Origin: Syntrophaceae bacterium
Lineage (GTDB): Bacteria > Desulfobacterota > Syntrophia > Syntrophales > Smithellaceae
NCBI GenBank assembly: GCA_003142535.1
Contig: PLMQ01000053.1
Span: forward strand, 16,435 to 80,434
DNA: 64,000 bases
Direction of reading: 5' to 3'
Numbering within the stretch: the first letter of the stretch is position 1; every line of letters begins with the position of its first letter. Below the pieces are notes generated by a model. It was not told where the DNA came from. It did no database searches and worked only from the letters and a program-made list of their open reading frames with translations. The translations under genes were made by a program, and so were the position numbers. Positions 27,335 to 36,696 of this stretch are shown here, piece by piece.

Positions 27335-28462
27335 TTAAATCAACGCCAGACTATCCGCTATAGCCAATCCTGCTCGCGTTGGAGTCAGAAACCCTCTATT
27401 TAATTTCAAAATTTTATTTTCCAGAAGTTTATCAATTATCATTTTCTTCTCAATGAGCAAATCGGTTTTATATTTGCTCTTATAAAGCTTGAGGTCTATT
27501 CCAGCTTTTGTGCGCAGTCCCAGAAACAAAGCTTCCAGTTGGAGTTGCTCTAGCGTGAGCTCTTCAGAATTATCCACAGGCAACGTACCCTGTTTGATTT
27601 TCTTGAGGTAACCATTGACCGAAGGCAAATTCCACCAGCGTTTTTGATGGAGATAAGAATGCGCTCCGGGACCTAATCCCAGATAGGGTGTGTGCTGCCA
27701 GTATTTCATGTTATGCCTGGATCGCAGATTATTGGAACGGGCAAAGTTGGATACTTCATAGTGGATATAGCTAGATTCTTCCAGAAGATCGGCTGTAGTC
27801 ATGAAGAATTTTACCTGCGCATTTTCTTCGGGCAGAGAAAAACCGCTTTGTTTATACCTTTTGTAAAGAGGAGTTCTTTCATCCAGTGAAAGCTGATAAC
27901 AAGAAATATGTTCTGGTGAAAAAGACAGGGCTTTTTGCAGAGTCTTCTTCCATAGCTTTATATCCTGATTATGAATTCCGTAAATCAAATCCATGCCGAT
28001 ATTATTAAATCCGTTGGCTCTTGCATAATCAACGGCAATAATCGCTTCACTTACTGTGTGCCTGCGCCCAAGGAAATCAAGCACTCCATCATCAAAGGAC
28101 TGAATGCCGATATTTAAGCGGTTAATACCGAGAGAACGTAGTGCCCGCAAATACTCGTCGGATACATCACCCGGATTAACTTCGATGGTAATTTCGGTCC
28201 GAGGGCTGATTTTATATGTTTTATTGATTGACGAGAAAATATCAGCAAGTTGCTGGACGGTCAGCAGGGAAGGGGTACCGCCGCCGATATAAATGGTGTC
28301 AAAATAAGTAAAGTCATGACGGTAAAATTCAATTTCTTTTTTCAGCGCTGCTAAAAATTGGGAAAAGAGATTAATTGATTTAATCGAGTAAAAGCTGCAG
28401 TAGCCGCATTTACTCAAGCAAAAAGGAATGTGGATATACAGGCCGGCTTGCTCACTTTGCAT
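27335..28462 (-). CDS. hemW: Radical SAM haem chaperone HemW (HemN-like, oxygen-independent coproporphyrinogen oxidase family)
   Basis: LYIHIPFCLSKCGYCSF CxxxCxxC motif and GGGTPS. The preferred start is the internal ATG at 28462 (MQSEQAGLYIHIPFC). lepA-hemW adjacency is common. Confidence 0.85.
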   Translation of the reverse strand: MQSEQAGLYIHIPFCLSKCGYCSFYSIKSINLFSQFLAALKKEIEFYRHDFTYFDTIYIGGGTPSLLTVQQLADIFSSINKTYKISPRTEITIEVNPGDVSDEYLRALRSLGINRLNIGIQSFDDGVLDFLGRRHTVSEAIIAVDYARANGFNNIGMDLIYGIHNQDIKLWKKTLQKALSFSPEHISCYQLSLDERTPLYKRYKQSGFSLPEENAQVKFFMTTADLLEESSYIHYEVSNFARSNNLRSRHNMKYWQHTPYLGLGPGAHSYLHQKRWWNLPSVNGYLKKIKQGTLPVDNSEELTLEQLQLEALFLGLRTKAGIDLKLYKSKYKTDLLIEKKMIIDKLLENKILKLNRGFLTPTRAGLAIADSLALI

Positions 28463-28518
28463 AATTCTAACCCAATATATTTGTTTTTTCCCCAATTTTC
28501 AGAAATAATATTCTGCTT

Positions 28519-28628
28519 CATATTCAAGATGATAGCAAGGCGGCAAGGAGGAGGCGACGCAGGCGTACTTTGTTTGTACGTCGAGAAGCCGATGGACGCA
28601 GCCAACGCTTGAAGACGAAATAGAATAA
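28519..28628 (+). repeat. Rep-A element, copy 3 (core only)
   Basis: GATGATAGCAAGGCGGCAAGGAGGAGGCGACGCAGGCGTAC TTTGTTT GTACGTCGAGAAGCCGATGGACGCAGCCAAC. It fills the lepA-hemW spacer, antisense to both genes. Confidence 0.8.
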
Positions 28629-30425
28629 CTAATCATTGTCCGACTTCAACACAGCTAAAAAAGCGCTCTGGGGAATACTGACCGAACCAATCATCTTCAT
28701 GCGCTTTTTACCCTCTTTTTGCTTTTCCAGTAATTTCCTCTTCCGGGTAATATCGCCACCGTAGCATTTAGCGGTTACATCTTTGCGGAATGCCGAAATA
28801 GTGCTACGGGCGACAATCTCCGAGCCGATGGCGCCCTGAATAGCTATCTTAAACATCTGGCGCGGTATTTCTTCCTTTAACCTTTTACAGGCTGAAAGAG
28901 AACGGGAGCGGGCGCGGTCACGGTGGACGATTTGCGAGAGAGCATCAACTTTTTCCCCGTTGACAAGGATATCAACCAAGACCAGGTTGCTTTCACGGTA
29001 GTCAATAATGTTGTAGTCAAAGGAGCCATAGCCTTGTGTTACGGATTTGAAGCGGTCGTAAAAATCAAAAATAACTTCGGCCAGCGGCATTTCATAAGAT
29101 AGCTCCGCACGCCCTGGTCCGGTGTAATTAAGATTGGAATTAGTGCCACGCTTTTCCATACAGAGCTTCATGACGGCTCCAAGATAACGTTCCGGCAGCA
29201 TCATACTCGCCCGGATATATGGTTCTTCGCCAATGGCAATATCCGAAGGATCGGGATAGTGTGTCGGGTTATCTACATAAAGAATAGTTCCGTCTTTCAG
29301 TGTAAAGCGATAGCGGACACTGGGAACGGAAAGGATGATGGAGAGGTTATATTCCCTCTCCAGACGTTCCTGGACGATGTCCAGGTGCAGCAGTCCCAAG
29401 AAACCGCAGCGGAATCCCTGTCCAAGAGCGGCGGAAGAATCTTTTTCGTAAATAAAAGAAGCGTCATTGAGCTTGTATTTATCGAGAGAATCAGCCAAAT
29501 CCTGATAATCGTCGGAAGCAATTGGATAAATGGAAGCAAAGACTACCGGTTTAATCTCTTTAAAACCGGGCAGAGGATTTAAACATGGTTTGGACTGTAA
29601 AGTAATTGTGTCGCCGGTGCGGACATCGGCTACGGTTTTTACGCCGGCAATGATATAGCCAACATCACCGGCAGAGATTTTATCTCTTTTGGAACGTGTT
29701 AGTAAAAAGTGTCCTACTTCTTCCACTTTGTAAGTCGCACCATTAGACATAAACTGGATGATATCCCCGTTTTTCACAGTGCCTTCAAAAACGCGGCAGT
29801 GAATGATGGTGCCGCGGAAAGAGTCATAATGAGCATCGAAAATTAACGCAGCTAAAGGATTATCGGAGTTGCCTTGCGGAGGAGGAATACGCGTGACTAT
29901 AGCTTCGAGAATCTCTTCAATTCCGATACCTACTTTGGCCGAACATTTCAAATGAGTATCAGGGTCAAGCCCCAATTCCGAATCGATTTCGTTAAGAACG
30001 CTGTCGATATCGGCGGAAGGCAAATCAATTTTATTGATTATGGGAATGATTTCCAGATTGTGTTCCATAGCCAGATACAAATTGGCCAGTGTCTGCGCCT
30101 GAACTCCTTGCGCCGCATCAATCAGCAGAAGAACTCCTTCACAGGAGGCCAGTGAACGGGAAACTTCATAGGAAAAATCAACATGACCCGGTGTGTCAAT
30201 CAGATTCAAAATATAGTCCTTGCCGTCATGCGCATGATAGGGCAGGGATATAGCATTGCTCTTGATAGTAATGCCGCGCTCTCTTTCAATATCCATATTA
30301 TCCAGAATTTGATCTTGAAAATTACGTTCATTGCAGACGCCGGTAAGCTGAATCAGTCTGTCGGCGAGCGTTGATTTGCCATGGTCAATATGGGCGATTA
30401 TGCTGAAATTTCTTATGTTATCCAT
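28629..30425 (-). CDS. lepA: Translation elongation factor 4
   Basis: [29 protein letters not shown] and the characteristic LepA C-terminal domain. 598 aa. Confidence 0.95.
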   Translation of the reverse strand: MDNIRNFSIIAHIDHGKSTLADRLIQLTGVCNERNFQDQILDNMDIERERGITIKSNAISLPYHAHDGKDYILNLIDTPGHVDFSYEVSRSLASCEGVLLLIDAAQGVQAQTLANLYLAMEHNLEIIPIINKIDLPSADIDSVLNEIDSELGLDPDTHLKCSAKVGIGIEEILEAIVTRIPPPQGNSDNPLAALIFDAHYDSFRGTIIHCRVFEGTVKNGDIIQFMSNGATYKVEEVGHFLLTRSKRDKISAGDVGYIIAGVKTVADVRTGDTITLQSKPCLNPLPGFKEIKPVVFASIYPIASDDYQDLADSLDKYKLNDASFIYEKDSSAALGQGFRCGFLGLLHLDIVQERLEREYNLSIILSVPSVRYRFTLKDGTILYVDNPTHYPDPSDIAIGEEPYIRASMMLPERYLGAVMKLCMEKRGTNSNLNYTGPGRAELSYEMPLAEVIFDFYDRFKSVTQGYGSFDYNIIDYRESNLVLVDILVNGEKVDALSQIVHRDRARSRSLSACKRLKEEIPRQMFKIAIQGAIGSEIVARSTISAFRKDVTAKCYGGDITRKRKLLEKQKEGKKRMKMIGSVSIPQSAFLAVLKSDND

Positions 30426-30498
30426 TTTACAATTCTGTCAGATATAAAAGCCTCCCATAGGGTTATGGAAGGCTTTATATTAAATCGTTAATTATAAA

Positions 30499-31173
30499 TT
30501 ATACAAACTTCTGCAAAAGAGCGGCAGAAACTTCTTTGACGCCGGCACTACCATCAACCGAGATAACTTTGGCTTTCTTTTTAAAGAAGTTGACTGCGGC
30601 GAGCGTACCGGTTTTGGTATCGTAATAAATATTGTGTCGTTTATCAATTGCCGCCGCGTCCTGATCGTCAGCGCGGGTGGTTAAATCTTCACAACTGCAA
30701 ACGCGACAAATCATTTTTCCGTTTTTATCTGCCGGTTTAATCGCCTCAATGTAAATATTGTTCGGATGATTATTATCAGTTTTGCAAAGGCGTCTGCCCA
30801 TGATGCGCTTTTTCGCAATGTCGCGTTCCAGTTCAATTTCAATGACATAATCCAGCTTCATCTTTTCTTTTTCCAACGCGGAATAGAGAGCTTCAGCCTG
30901 TGCTAAATTGCGGGGGAAACCATCTAAAAGCCAGCCCTTTTTGCAATCATCCTCTTTCAGGCGATTCAAGATCATAGGAACAGTAATATCATCGGGAACA
31001 AGTTCACCACGATCAATGAAAACCTTTGCCTTCTCTCCCAAAGGAGTTTTTTGGGAAATGTTCTGACGGAAAATAACACCGGTTTCAATATGTGGGACAC
31101 CATATTTTTTTTGCACAATCGAGCCTTGTGTTCCTTTGCCACTGCCATTGGGGCCAAAAATAAGAATATTCAC
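30499..31173 (-). CDS. adk: Adenylate kinase (long lid with Cys pair motifs)
   Basis: ILIFGPNGSGKGTQ P-loop, LLDGFPR, and lid cysteines C..C..CRVC. Confidence 0.9.
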   Translation of the reverse strand: MNILIFGPNGSGKGTQGSIVQKKYGVPHIETGVIFRQNISQKTPLGEKAKVFIDRGELVPDDITVPMILNRLKEDDCKKGWLLDGFPRNLAQAEALYSALEKEKMKLDYVIEIELERDIAKKRIMGRRLCKTDNNHPNNIYIEAIKPADKNGKMICRVCSCEDLTTRADDQDAAAIDKRHNIYYDTKTGTLAAVNFFKKKAKVISVDGSAGVKEVSAALLQKFV

Positions 31174-31322
31174 GTTAGTTGCTCCTTAATTCAAAATTAT
31201 ATATCGAGATGCCGCATTGTTTTGTAATCTAAGGACTATTACCGAAGGGGGCAATCCCAATTTATTTTCAGTGGTCTTATAATGTATTGCCTGTTTTTTC
31301 GCAATGATAAAAAACTGAAGAG

Positions 31323-31352
31323 AAGAAATTAAAGCGGCAAACTGCCGCTTTT
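31323..31352 (-). terminator. Rho-independent terminator candidate after the zinc-ribbon gene
   Basis: GCGGCA-nnn-TGCCGC hairpin (31334-31348), followed on the minus strand by TTTAATTTCTT. Confidence 0.5.
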
Positions 31353-31360
31353 TAGTGGCC

Positions 31361-31552
31361 TCAGGAAGTAGAACAGGAGGTAGAAGCGCAGGATGTGCAA
31401 TTGGATTTGCTTCCAGCAAAAACAGACATGAGTTTTTCAGCCCCCTTGTGCCCGCATTTTGGGCAGGAAAGTTTTGCTTCCTCGGATGGGGAAAAAATCA
31501 ATTGTTCAAATATTTTCTTGCATTTCTTACATTTAAATTCAAAAATTGGCAT
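31361..31552 (-). CDS. FmdB-family zinc-ribbon protein
   Basis: MPIFEFKCKKCKK..LSCPKCG double CxxC zinc-ribbon typical of the FmdB/CxxC_CxxC_SSSS family, with a Cys/Ser/Thr-rich tail. Confidence 0.75.
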   Translation of the reverse strand: MPIFEFKCKKCKKIFEQLIFSPSEEAKLSCPKCGHKGAEKLMSVFAGSKSNCTSCASTSCSTS

Positions 31553-31745
31553 CTTATATCCTTAAATTTCAGGTTCGTTTGATTTAAATTAAACAGAGTT
31601 TATTTTAATGTCAAGGTTAAAGTCCGATTCTTAAAAAACAGGTAATAAACACAAATCATATTAAGTATTCTGCAATTGACGAATTTAAAAAATAATGCAA
31701 ATGAAAATTATATTAATTTGTGAATAAATAGAAAGAGGTGCACAT

Positions 31746-32309
31746 ATTAAAAAAGAATTAGGAGCAAAAAATTGTTTATATCCTCTGCCGACTGTTCTGA
31801 TAGGAGCGAATGTCGATGATAAACCGAATTATATAACTATTGCTCACGTCGGCATTATGGACATGGGCTCCGTTTCTCTGGGAATGGGGAAGATTCACCA
31901 CACAAATAAAGGCATTAAGCAAAATGAGACATTCAGTATTAATATTCCTTCGATCGATCTCGTAAAAAAAGTTGATTATTGCGGCCTTGTGTCGGGGGAA
32001 AATACGGATAAAGCATCCTTGTTTGAGAATTTTTACGGAAAGCTTAAAACGGCGCCTATGATAAAAAACTGCCCAATCAACATGGAATGCAAGTTAATTA
32101 AAGTTGTTGATTTTCCGCAACATGATATATTTATCGGCAAGATTGTCGCAACTTATTGTGATGATGAATGCCTGACGGACGGAATTGTAGACTTTGCAAA
32201 GGTACGGCCGATCATGTTTGTCATGAATGACGTAGACGCAGGCTATTGGAAGCTGGGTGATCGTTTTGCCGGTGCCTGGAGTATAGGCAAAGAACTGAAG
32301 AAAAGTTAA
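31746..32309 (+). CDS. Flavin reductase-like (FMN-binding split barrel) protein, probable ATT start
   Basis: The conserved N-terminus KKELGAKNCLYPLPTVLIGA lies upstream of the first ATG (31857). The frame is closed by TAA at 31725. The only start-like codon behind the AAGAGGTG SD is ATT 31746. Confidence 0.7.
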   Translation: MKKELGAKNCLYPLPTVLIGANVDDKPNYITIAHVGIMDMGSVSLGMGKIHHTNKGIKQNETFSINIPSIDLVKKVDYCGLVSGENTDKASLFENFYGKLKTAPMIKNCPINMECKLIKVVDFPQHDIFIGKIVATYCDDECLTDGIVDFAKVRPIMFVMNDVDAGYWKLGDRFAGAWSIGKELKKS

Positions 32310-33757
32310 TTATAATTTTTAGAAGTGGTTTTATTCTGGGATTTCGATTTCTCTGGTGAATTAAGATCACTTATTGCCTTCTTTATAATTTCCGTTCGTT
32401 CCGATCCGGCCGGGAAAAAATTAAGAGCTTCTCTAAAGTGAAAAAGGGCACTTTCTTTCTTTTTTGCTTTTTTGAAATATAAACCAAAATAATAATGTGA
32501 TTCGCCTTGATTGTTAAGTTTACCGTAAACCATCGCAATGTAATAATGAATATCAATTTCGTCGAAGCTTTTATTTTCCAACTTTAAATAGCAATCAAGA
32601 GCGTTTTGGTAATTATCCAGAGCATCGTAAGATTGGCCGAGAGCTAAAATAACTTCGTCATTATTGGGGTTGATATTGATTGCCCGCTGCAAATAAATTT
32701 GTGCCAGATTAGCCTTGCCCAGTTTTATATTAATTAAACCTAAATTTTTTAAGACATCTTCATCCTGCGGAGATAGGCTTAGCGCCTTTTGATAGTGTTC
32801 CATAGCATCACTGGTTTTGCCCAGTTTATCTTCAATCATGGCCAGAGAATAAAGCAAATCGACATCTTTGGGATTTTTGGCGGAAGACTCTTGCAATTGA
32901 GAATATTTGGTATCTAAATCATTATCATTTAATGAAAGAAGTGTCTGCATCCGGCATAAATTGCCGACAATATTTTTAGCTCCTTTTTGTTGGCGATATT
33001 TTGTCAATATAAGACTGTCCAGATAAAATATACGCTCATCAGTAGCAGGGTGTGTTAAAAAGTAAGACGGCATGGTTTTCGATAGAAACTCGTATTTTTT
33101 CATTATTTTCATAAAATCTACCATTGCTGCCGGATAATAACCTGCTTTTACAAGGTATTCGATTCCTCTCCTGTCGGCCTCCTCTTCGTTTTCCCTGCTG
33201 TATTTAAGACTTAGAGTGGTTGCTCCGGCTAATGAAAAAGCGGCTATAGCGGCGGTTGCTTCACCTCCACCGCCCAAGAATGCACCGGCAAGAATTGCGG
33301 CAACGGCGGCAATATTCAGCTTCTGTGATTTTTCGATGATGCTGGCAATATGGCGCGCATTGGCGTGACCGATTTCGTGAGCAATAACTCCGGCTAACTC
33401 TGCCTCATTTTCAACATTGTTTATTAAGCCTTTATTAATATATATATAACCGCCGGGGGTGGCAAAAGCGTTAATGGCGGAACTGTTAACGATCGAAAAA
33501 TGAAATTCAAAAGGGACCTGTTTGTTGCCATTAAGAATTAAATTGCCTATATTTGTTATATATTGATTTAAAGGTCTGTTTTCGAGCAAAATATTATGGC
33601 TTGCCAGTTTATCATAGAATTCCTTGCCGACTTTCCTTTCATCATCAATTGTAAATTCGGCATAACAAAAACTTGTTCGGAAAAGGATAATAAACAATAT
33701 CGAAAATAAATAAATATATTGCTTTTGAAAAAGTTTCCGCATAATTATTCTTTCCAA
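32306..33757 (-). CDS. M48-family Zn metalloprotease with C-terminal TPR repeats (BepA-like)
   Basis: HEIGHANARH HExxH motif, an N-terminal signal/TM segment and multiple TPR-like repeats. Confidence 0.8.
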   Translation of the reverse strand: MERIIMRKLFQKQYIYLFSILFIILFRTSFCYAEFTIDDERKVGKEFYDKLASHNILLENRPLNQYITNIGNLILNGNKQVPFEFHFSIVNSSAINAFATPGGYIYINKGLINNVENEAELAGVIAHEIGHANARHIASIIEKSQKLNIAAVAAILAGAFLGGGGEATAAIAAFSLAGATTLSLKYSRENEEEADRRGIEYLVKAGYYPAAMVDFMKIMKKYEFLSKTMPSYFLTHPATDERIFYLDSLILTKYRQQKGAKNIVGNLCRMQTLLSLNDNDLDTKYSQLQESSAKNPKDVDLLYSLAMIEDKLGKTSDAMEHYQKALSLSPQDEDVLKNLGLINIKLGKANLAQIYLQRAININPNNDEVILALGQSYDALDNYQNALDCYLKLENKSFDEIDIHYYIAMVYGKLNNQGESHYYFGLYFKKAKKKESALFHFREALNFFPAGSERTEIIKKAISDLNSPEKSKSQNKTTSKNYN

Positions 33758-33858
33758 ATTATGATAAAAAGGGATTGAATACTACCTTCTTTATAGAGTT
33801 TAATCAAGAGAGGGTTTTACGACGTTTAATTTATCTTTTCGGCTAAGGGTAGAACCGA

Positions 33859-34539
33859 ATGGGAAAAAAATCAATAATAACAATTGATGGACCGGCGGGT
33901 GCGGGCAAAAGTACTGTCAGCAAGGCGTTGGCGAAACGGCTGGGGTATATTTATTTAGATACAGGAGCCTTATATCGCGCCTTAGCCTATAATGCATTGA
34001 ATCTCAAAACTGATTTAGATGATGCCTCTGCACTGAATGATTTATGTTCAACAACCAGCGTTATTCTGAAAAATATCAACGGCGAAATGAAAGTATATGT
34101 TGGCGGGAAAGATGTCGGGGAAAAAATCCGTACAGAAGAGGTTGGATTGACAGCATCAAAGATATCAACATTTGCAATTGTCCGGCAGAGCTTGCTTAAT
34201 CTTCAAAGAGAAGCGGGCAGGAACGGAGGTATCGTCGCTGAGGGCAGGGATATGGGGTCAGTGGTTTTCCCGTATGCCGATTATAAATTTTATCTCGATG
34301 CCAATGTTGAAGAAAGAATAATAAGAAGGCGTAAAGAACTTTTAGGTAAAGGACTTTCTGCCGAATATCAAATAATTCAAAAAGATATGATGGAACGCGA
34401 TAAACAGGATTCAGAACGCGCAATCGCTCCTTTAAAACCGTCTGCTGATTCAATAATTATTGATTCGACCGGCTTATCTGTGTTTCAAGTGGTTGAGGAA
34501 ATAATCTGCCGGATATCAAAAAATACTGGAAGAGAATAG
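33859..34539 (+). CDS. cmk: Cytidylate kinase
   Basis: ITIDGPAGAGKSTVSK P-loop. The cmk-rpsA-ihfB gene order matches E. coli. Confidence 0.9.
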   Translation: MGKKSIITIDGPAGAGKSTVSKALAKRLGYIYLDTGALYRALAYNALNLKTDLDDASALNDLCSTTSVILKNINGEMKVYVGGKDVGEKIRTEEVGLTASKISTFAIVRQSLLNLQREAGRNGGIVAEGRDMGSVVFPYADYKFYLDANVEERIIRRRKELLGKGLSAEYQIIQKDMMERDKQDSERAIAPLKPSADSIIIDSTGLSVFQVVEEIICRISKNTGRE

Positions 34540-34819
34540 TCACGGGTATTATATCCCTGCTTATACGGGATAATTCGACCAGCAAGCTTCAGCACACTTT
34601 GTTTCTGAAGTTTGGGTCTCATTACAACTTGCCAATTCCGACTTGTGACCTTTAGGTTATACGCTTCGCCCAGCACTCGTGACCTCTCGTCACCTTTAGG
34701 TGGTCAGGTTATACGCCGGGTTACGCTTTCAGAATTGGAGCTTCACGACCGCCGCTTACGCAGGATAGTTCAGCTTGCCAATTCCACTATGCTTCGCTTT
34801 CAGAATAGGAGCTTCACTA
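34540..34819 (-). repeat. Rep-B modular array (about 280 bp) filling most of the cmk-rpsA spacer
   Basis: Starts TCACGGGTAT immediately after the cmk stop. Contains GGGATAATTCGACC, CTTCAG..CTGAAG hairpin, TTGCCAATTCC and GTGACCTTTAGGTTAT modules, and two ..CAGAAT(T/A)GGAGCTTCAC ends. Confidence 0.85.
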
Positions 34820-34920
34820 ATAAAGCGGGAAAATGTGCCGGAATTATCTTGCTATTTATTTTTCAGTATGTTACGCGATATTTCTTAATTAGTTTTACTA
34901 AAAACAGGGGGATTAGTTTA

Positions 34921-36693
34921 ATGGTTAACAAAAATAACTTAAACTTAACAAAAGAAAAGGAGGGCGACACTGACTCTTCGGTTAAAAGTGCATTGATTCA
35001 ATCTTCTCAATCCAAAGAAGAAGATATGGGATTTAAAGAGCTCTACGAGCAAAGTCTTGATCAAATAAAATATGGAGATATCGCCACTGGCAAAGTAGTA
35101 CAAATTAATGCAGATAAAGTAATGGTCGATGTCGGTTGGAAAACAGAAGGTTTTATACCCATCAGCGAGCTAATGGACGCACAGGGGAATATCAATATAT
35201 CCGTGGGTGATGATATAGAAGTTTTCGTAGATAAGAGAGATTCAGAAGGTAACTTGATATTATCGAGAGACAAGGCGGCAAAGCTAAAAGTATGGGATGA
35301 AATAAAGCACGCTTGTGAAAATAATATTCCCGTAAAAGGTACAGTAGTAGAAAAAGTTAAAGGAGGCCTTTCTGTAGATATAGGTGTTATCGCTTTCCTC
35401 CCCGGTTCACAGGTAGATACCCGCCCTATTAAAGATCTGGATAAATTTGTCGGTCAGACAATTGATTTCCATGTGCTGAAATATGACCGTAAAAGAAACA
35501 ATGTAGTTTTATCGCGCAGAGCAATAGTGGCTATGGAAAGGGAATCAGAAAAGAAAGATACATTAAGCAATATAGAAGAAGGAAGCAGTGTCGAAGGTAT
35601 AATTAAGAATATTACGGATTATGGAATTTTTATTGATTTAGGTGGAATAGACGGACTTCTCCATGTAACTGATATTTCCTGGGGCCGGATAGCGAAGCCT
35701 GCAGAAAGCTTCCATAAAGGAGAAAAAATTAAAGTTAAAGTTCTTTCTTTTGACCGCGAAAAAGAAAGAGTGTCTTTGGGCATGAAGCAATTGACTGAGA
35801 ATCCATGGGAACATATACTGGAAAGATATCCTGTCGGCGCTCTTGTAGAAGGTAAAGTTGTAAATTTGACGGATTACGGAGTCTTTATTGAACTGGAACA
35901 AGGCGTTGAGGGGCTGGTGCATATTTCGGAAATGTATTGGACAAGGGAAATAAAACATCCATCAAAAGTTTTAAATATCGGCGAAACAGTTAAGGTTGTG
36001 GTTTTAGAAGTGAACCCGGAAGCAAAAAGAGTTTCTTTGAGTTTAAAACAGACCACAGCCAATCCCTGGGAAAAACTCAGAGAAAAATATCCTGTAGGAA
36101 CGGTTGTTAAAGGTACAGTACGGAATATTACTAATTTTGGTGTTTTTGTCGGTATTGAAGAAGGGATTGACGGATTGGTTCATGTATCAGATATTTCCTG
36201 GAAGCATAGAGTAACTCACCCTTCCGAGTATTTCAAAAAGGGGCAGGAAGTGGAAGCCGTTGTTTTGAACGTAGATATTGAAAACGAAAAATTTTCGTTG
36301 GGTATAAAGCAGATTGAAAAAAATCCATGGGAAGATTTGGCGCAGAAATATGCTTCCGGCAGTGTTGTTACCGGTAAAATAACAAATTTTACCGATTTTG
36401 GAATTTTTGTCGAAATCGAAGAAGGTATAGAAGGCCTTGTTCATATTTCCGAGATCAGTCAGAAACGCGTAAAGACTTCTTCAGAGCTTTATGCAGTCGG
36501 TGATTCGGTTTCTGCAATTGTCAAGAGCATTGACATAAAGTCTAAAAAAATTAGATTAAGTATCAAAGATATGGAAGCTCCGCCACCGGTTCCGACAACA
36601 AATCAATATATTAATAATACGGAAAATTTAGGATCAAACCTGGCACAGGCGCTGGCGGAAGTTAAAATCGGCAACCAAACAAAAGGCGAATAA
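34921..36693 (+). CDS. rpsA: 30S ribosomal protein S1
   Basis: Six S1 (OB) repeats (GTVV..GGL.VDIG, GIFIDLGGIDGLLHV and similar). ATG 34921 follows a GGGGGA SD. The ORF-track extension back to 34612 is translated repeat. Confidence 0.9.
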   Translation: MVNKNNLNLTKEKEGDTDSSVKSALIQSSQSKEEDMGFKELYEQSLDQIKYGDIATGKVVQINADKVMVDVGWKTEGFIPISELMDAQGNINISVGDDIEVFVDKRDSEGNLILSRDKAAKLKVWDEIKHACENNIPVKGTVVEKVKGGLSVDIGVIAFLPGSQVDTRPIKDLDKFVGQTIDFHVLKYDRKRNNVVLSRRAIVAMERESEKKDTLSNIEEGSSVEGIIKNITDYGIFIDLGGIDGLLHVTDISWGRIAKPAESFHKGEKIKVKVLSFDREKERVSLGMKQLTENPWEHILERYPVGALVEGKVVNLTDYGVFIELEQGVEGLVHISEMYWTREIKHPSKVLNIGETVKVVVLEVNPEAKRVSLSLKQTTANPWEKLREKYPVGTVVKGTVRNITNFGVFVGIEEGIDGLVHVSDISWKHRVTHPSEYFKKGQEVEAVVLNVDIENEKFSLGIKQIEKNPWEDLAQKYASGSVVTGKITNFTDFGIFVEIEEGIEGLVHISEISQKRVKTSSELYAVGDSVSAIVKSIDIKSKKIRLSIKDMEAPPPVPTTNQYINNTENLGSNLAQALAEVKIGNQTKGE

Positions 36694-36696
36694 AAC

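Noticed and set aside
27567-27575. A perfect DnaA-box-like TTATCCACA.
   Set aside because: It is a single occurrence inside the hemW coding region, with no cluster, AT-rich unwinding element or dnaA/dnaN context.
28430-28612. A possible family of small proteins sharing RRQGGGD(E/A)..DDAANKDSAL, encoded by Rep-A copies (also on the + strand at 10057-10170, and 61746-61835).
   Set aside because: There is no SD before the ATG. The frame is broken in copies 2 and 4. The shared peptide frame is antisense to flanking genes at 28.5 kb. Nucleotide-level changes preserve base-pairing rather than codons. The peptide similarity is most simply a by-product of DNA repeat identity. Ribo-seq could reopen this.
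34612-34920. A 103-codon N-terminal extension of ribosomal protein S1 in the ORF track.
   Set aside because: The extension is a read-through of the Rep-B array (..CQFRLVTFRLYASP..) with no resemblance to S1. ATG 34921 has an SD and starts a normal S1.
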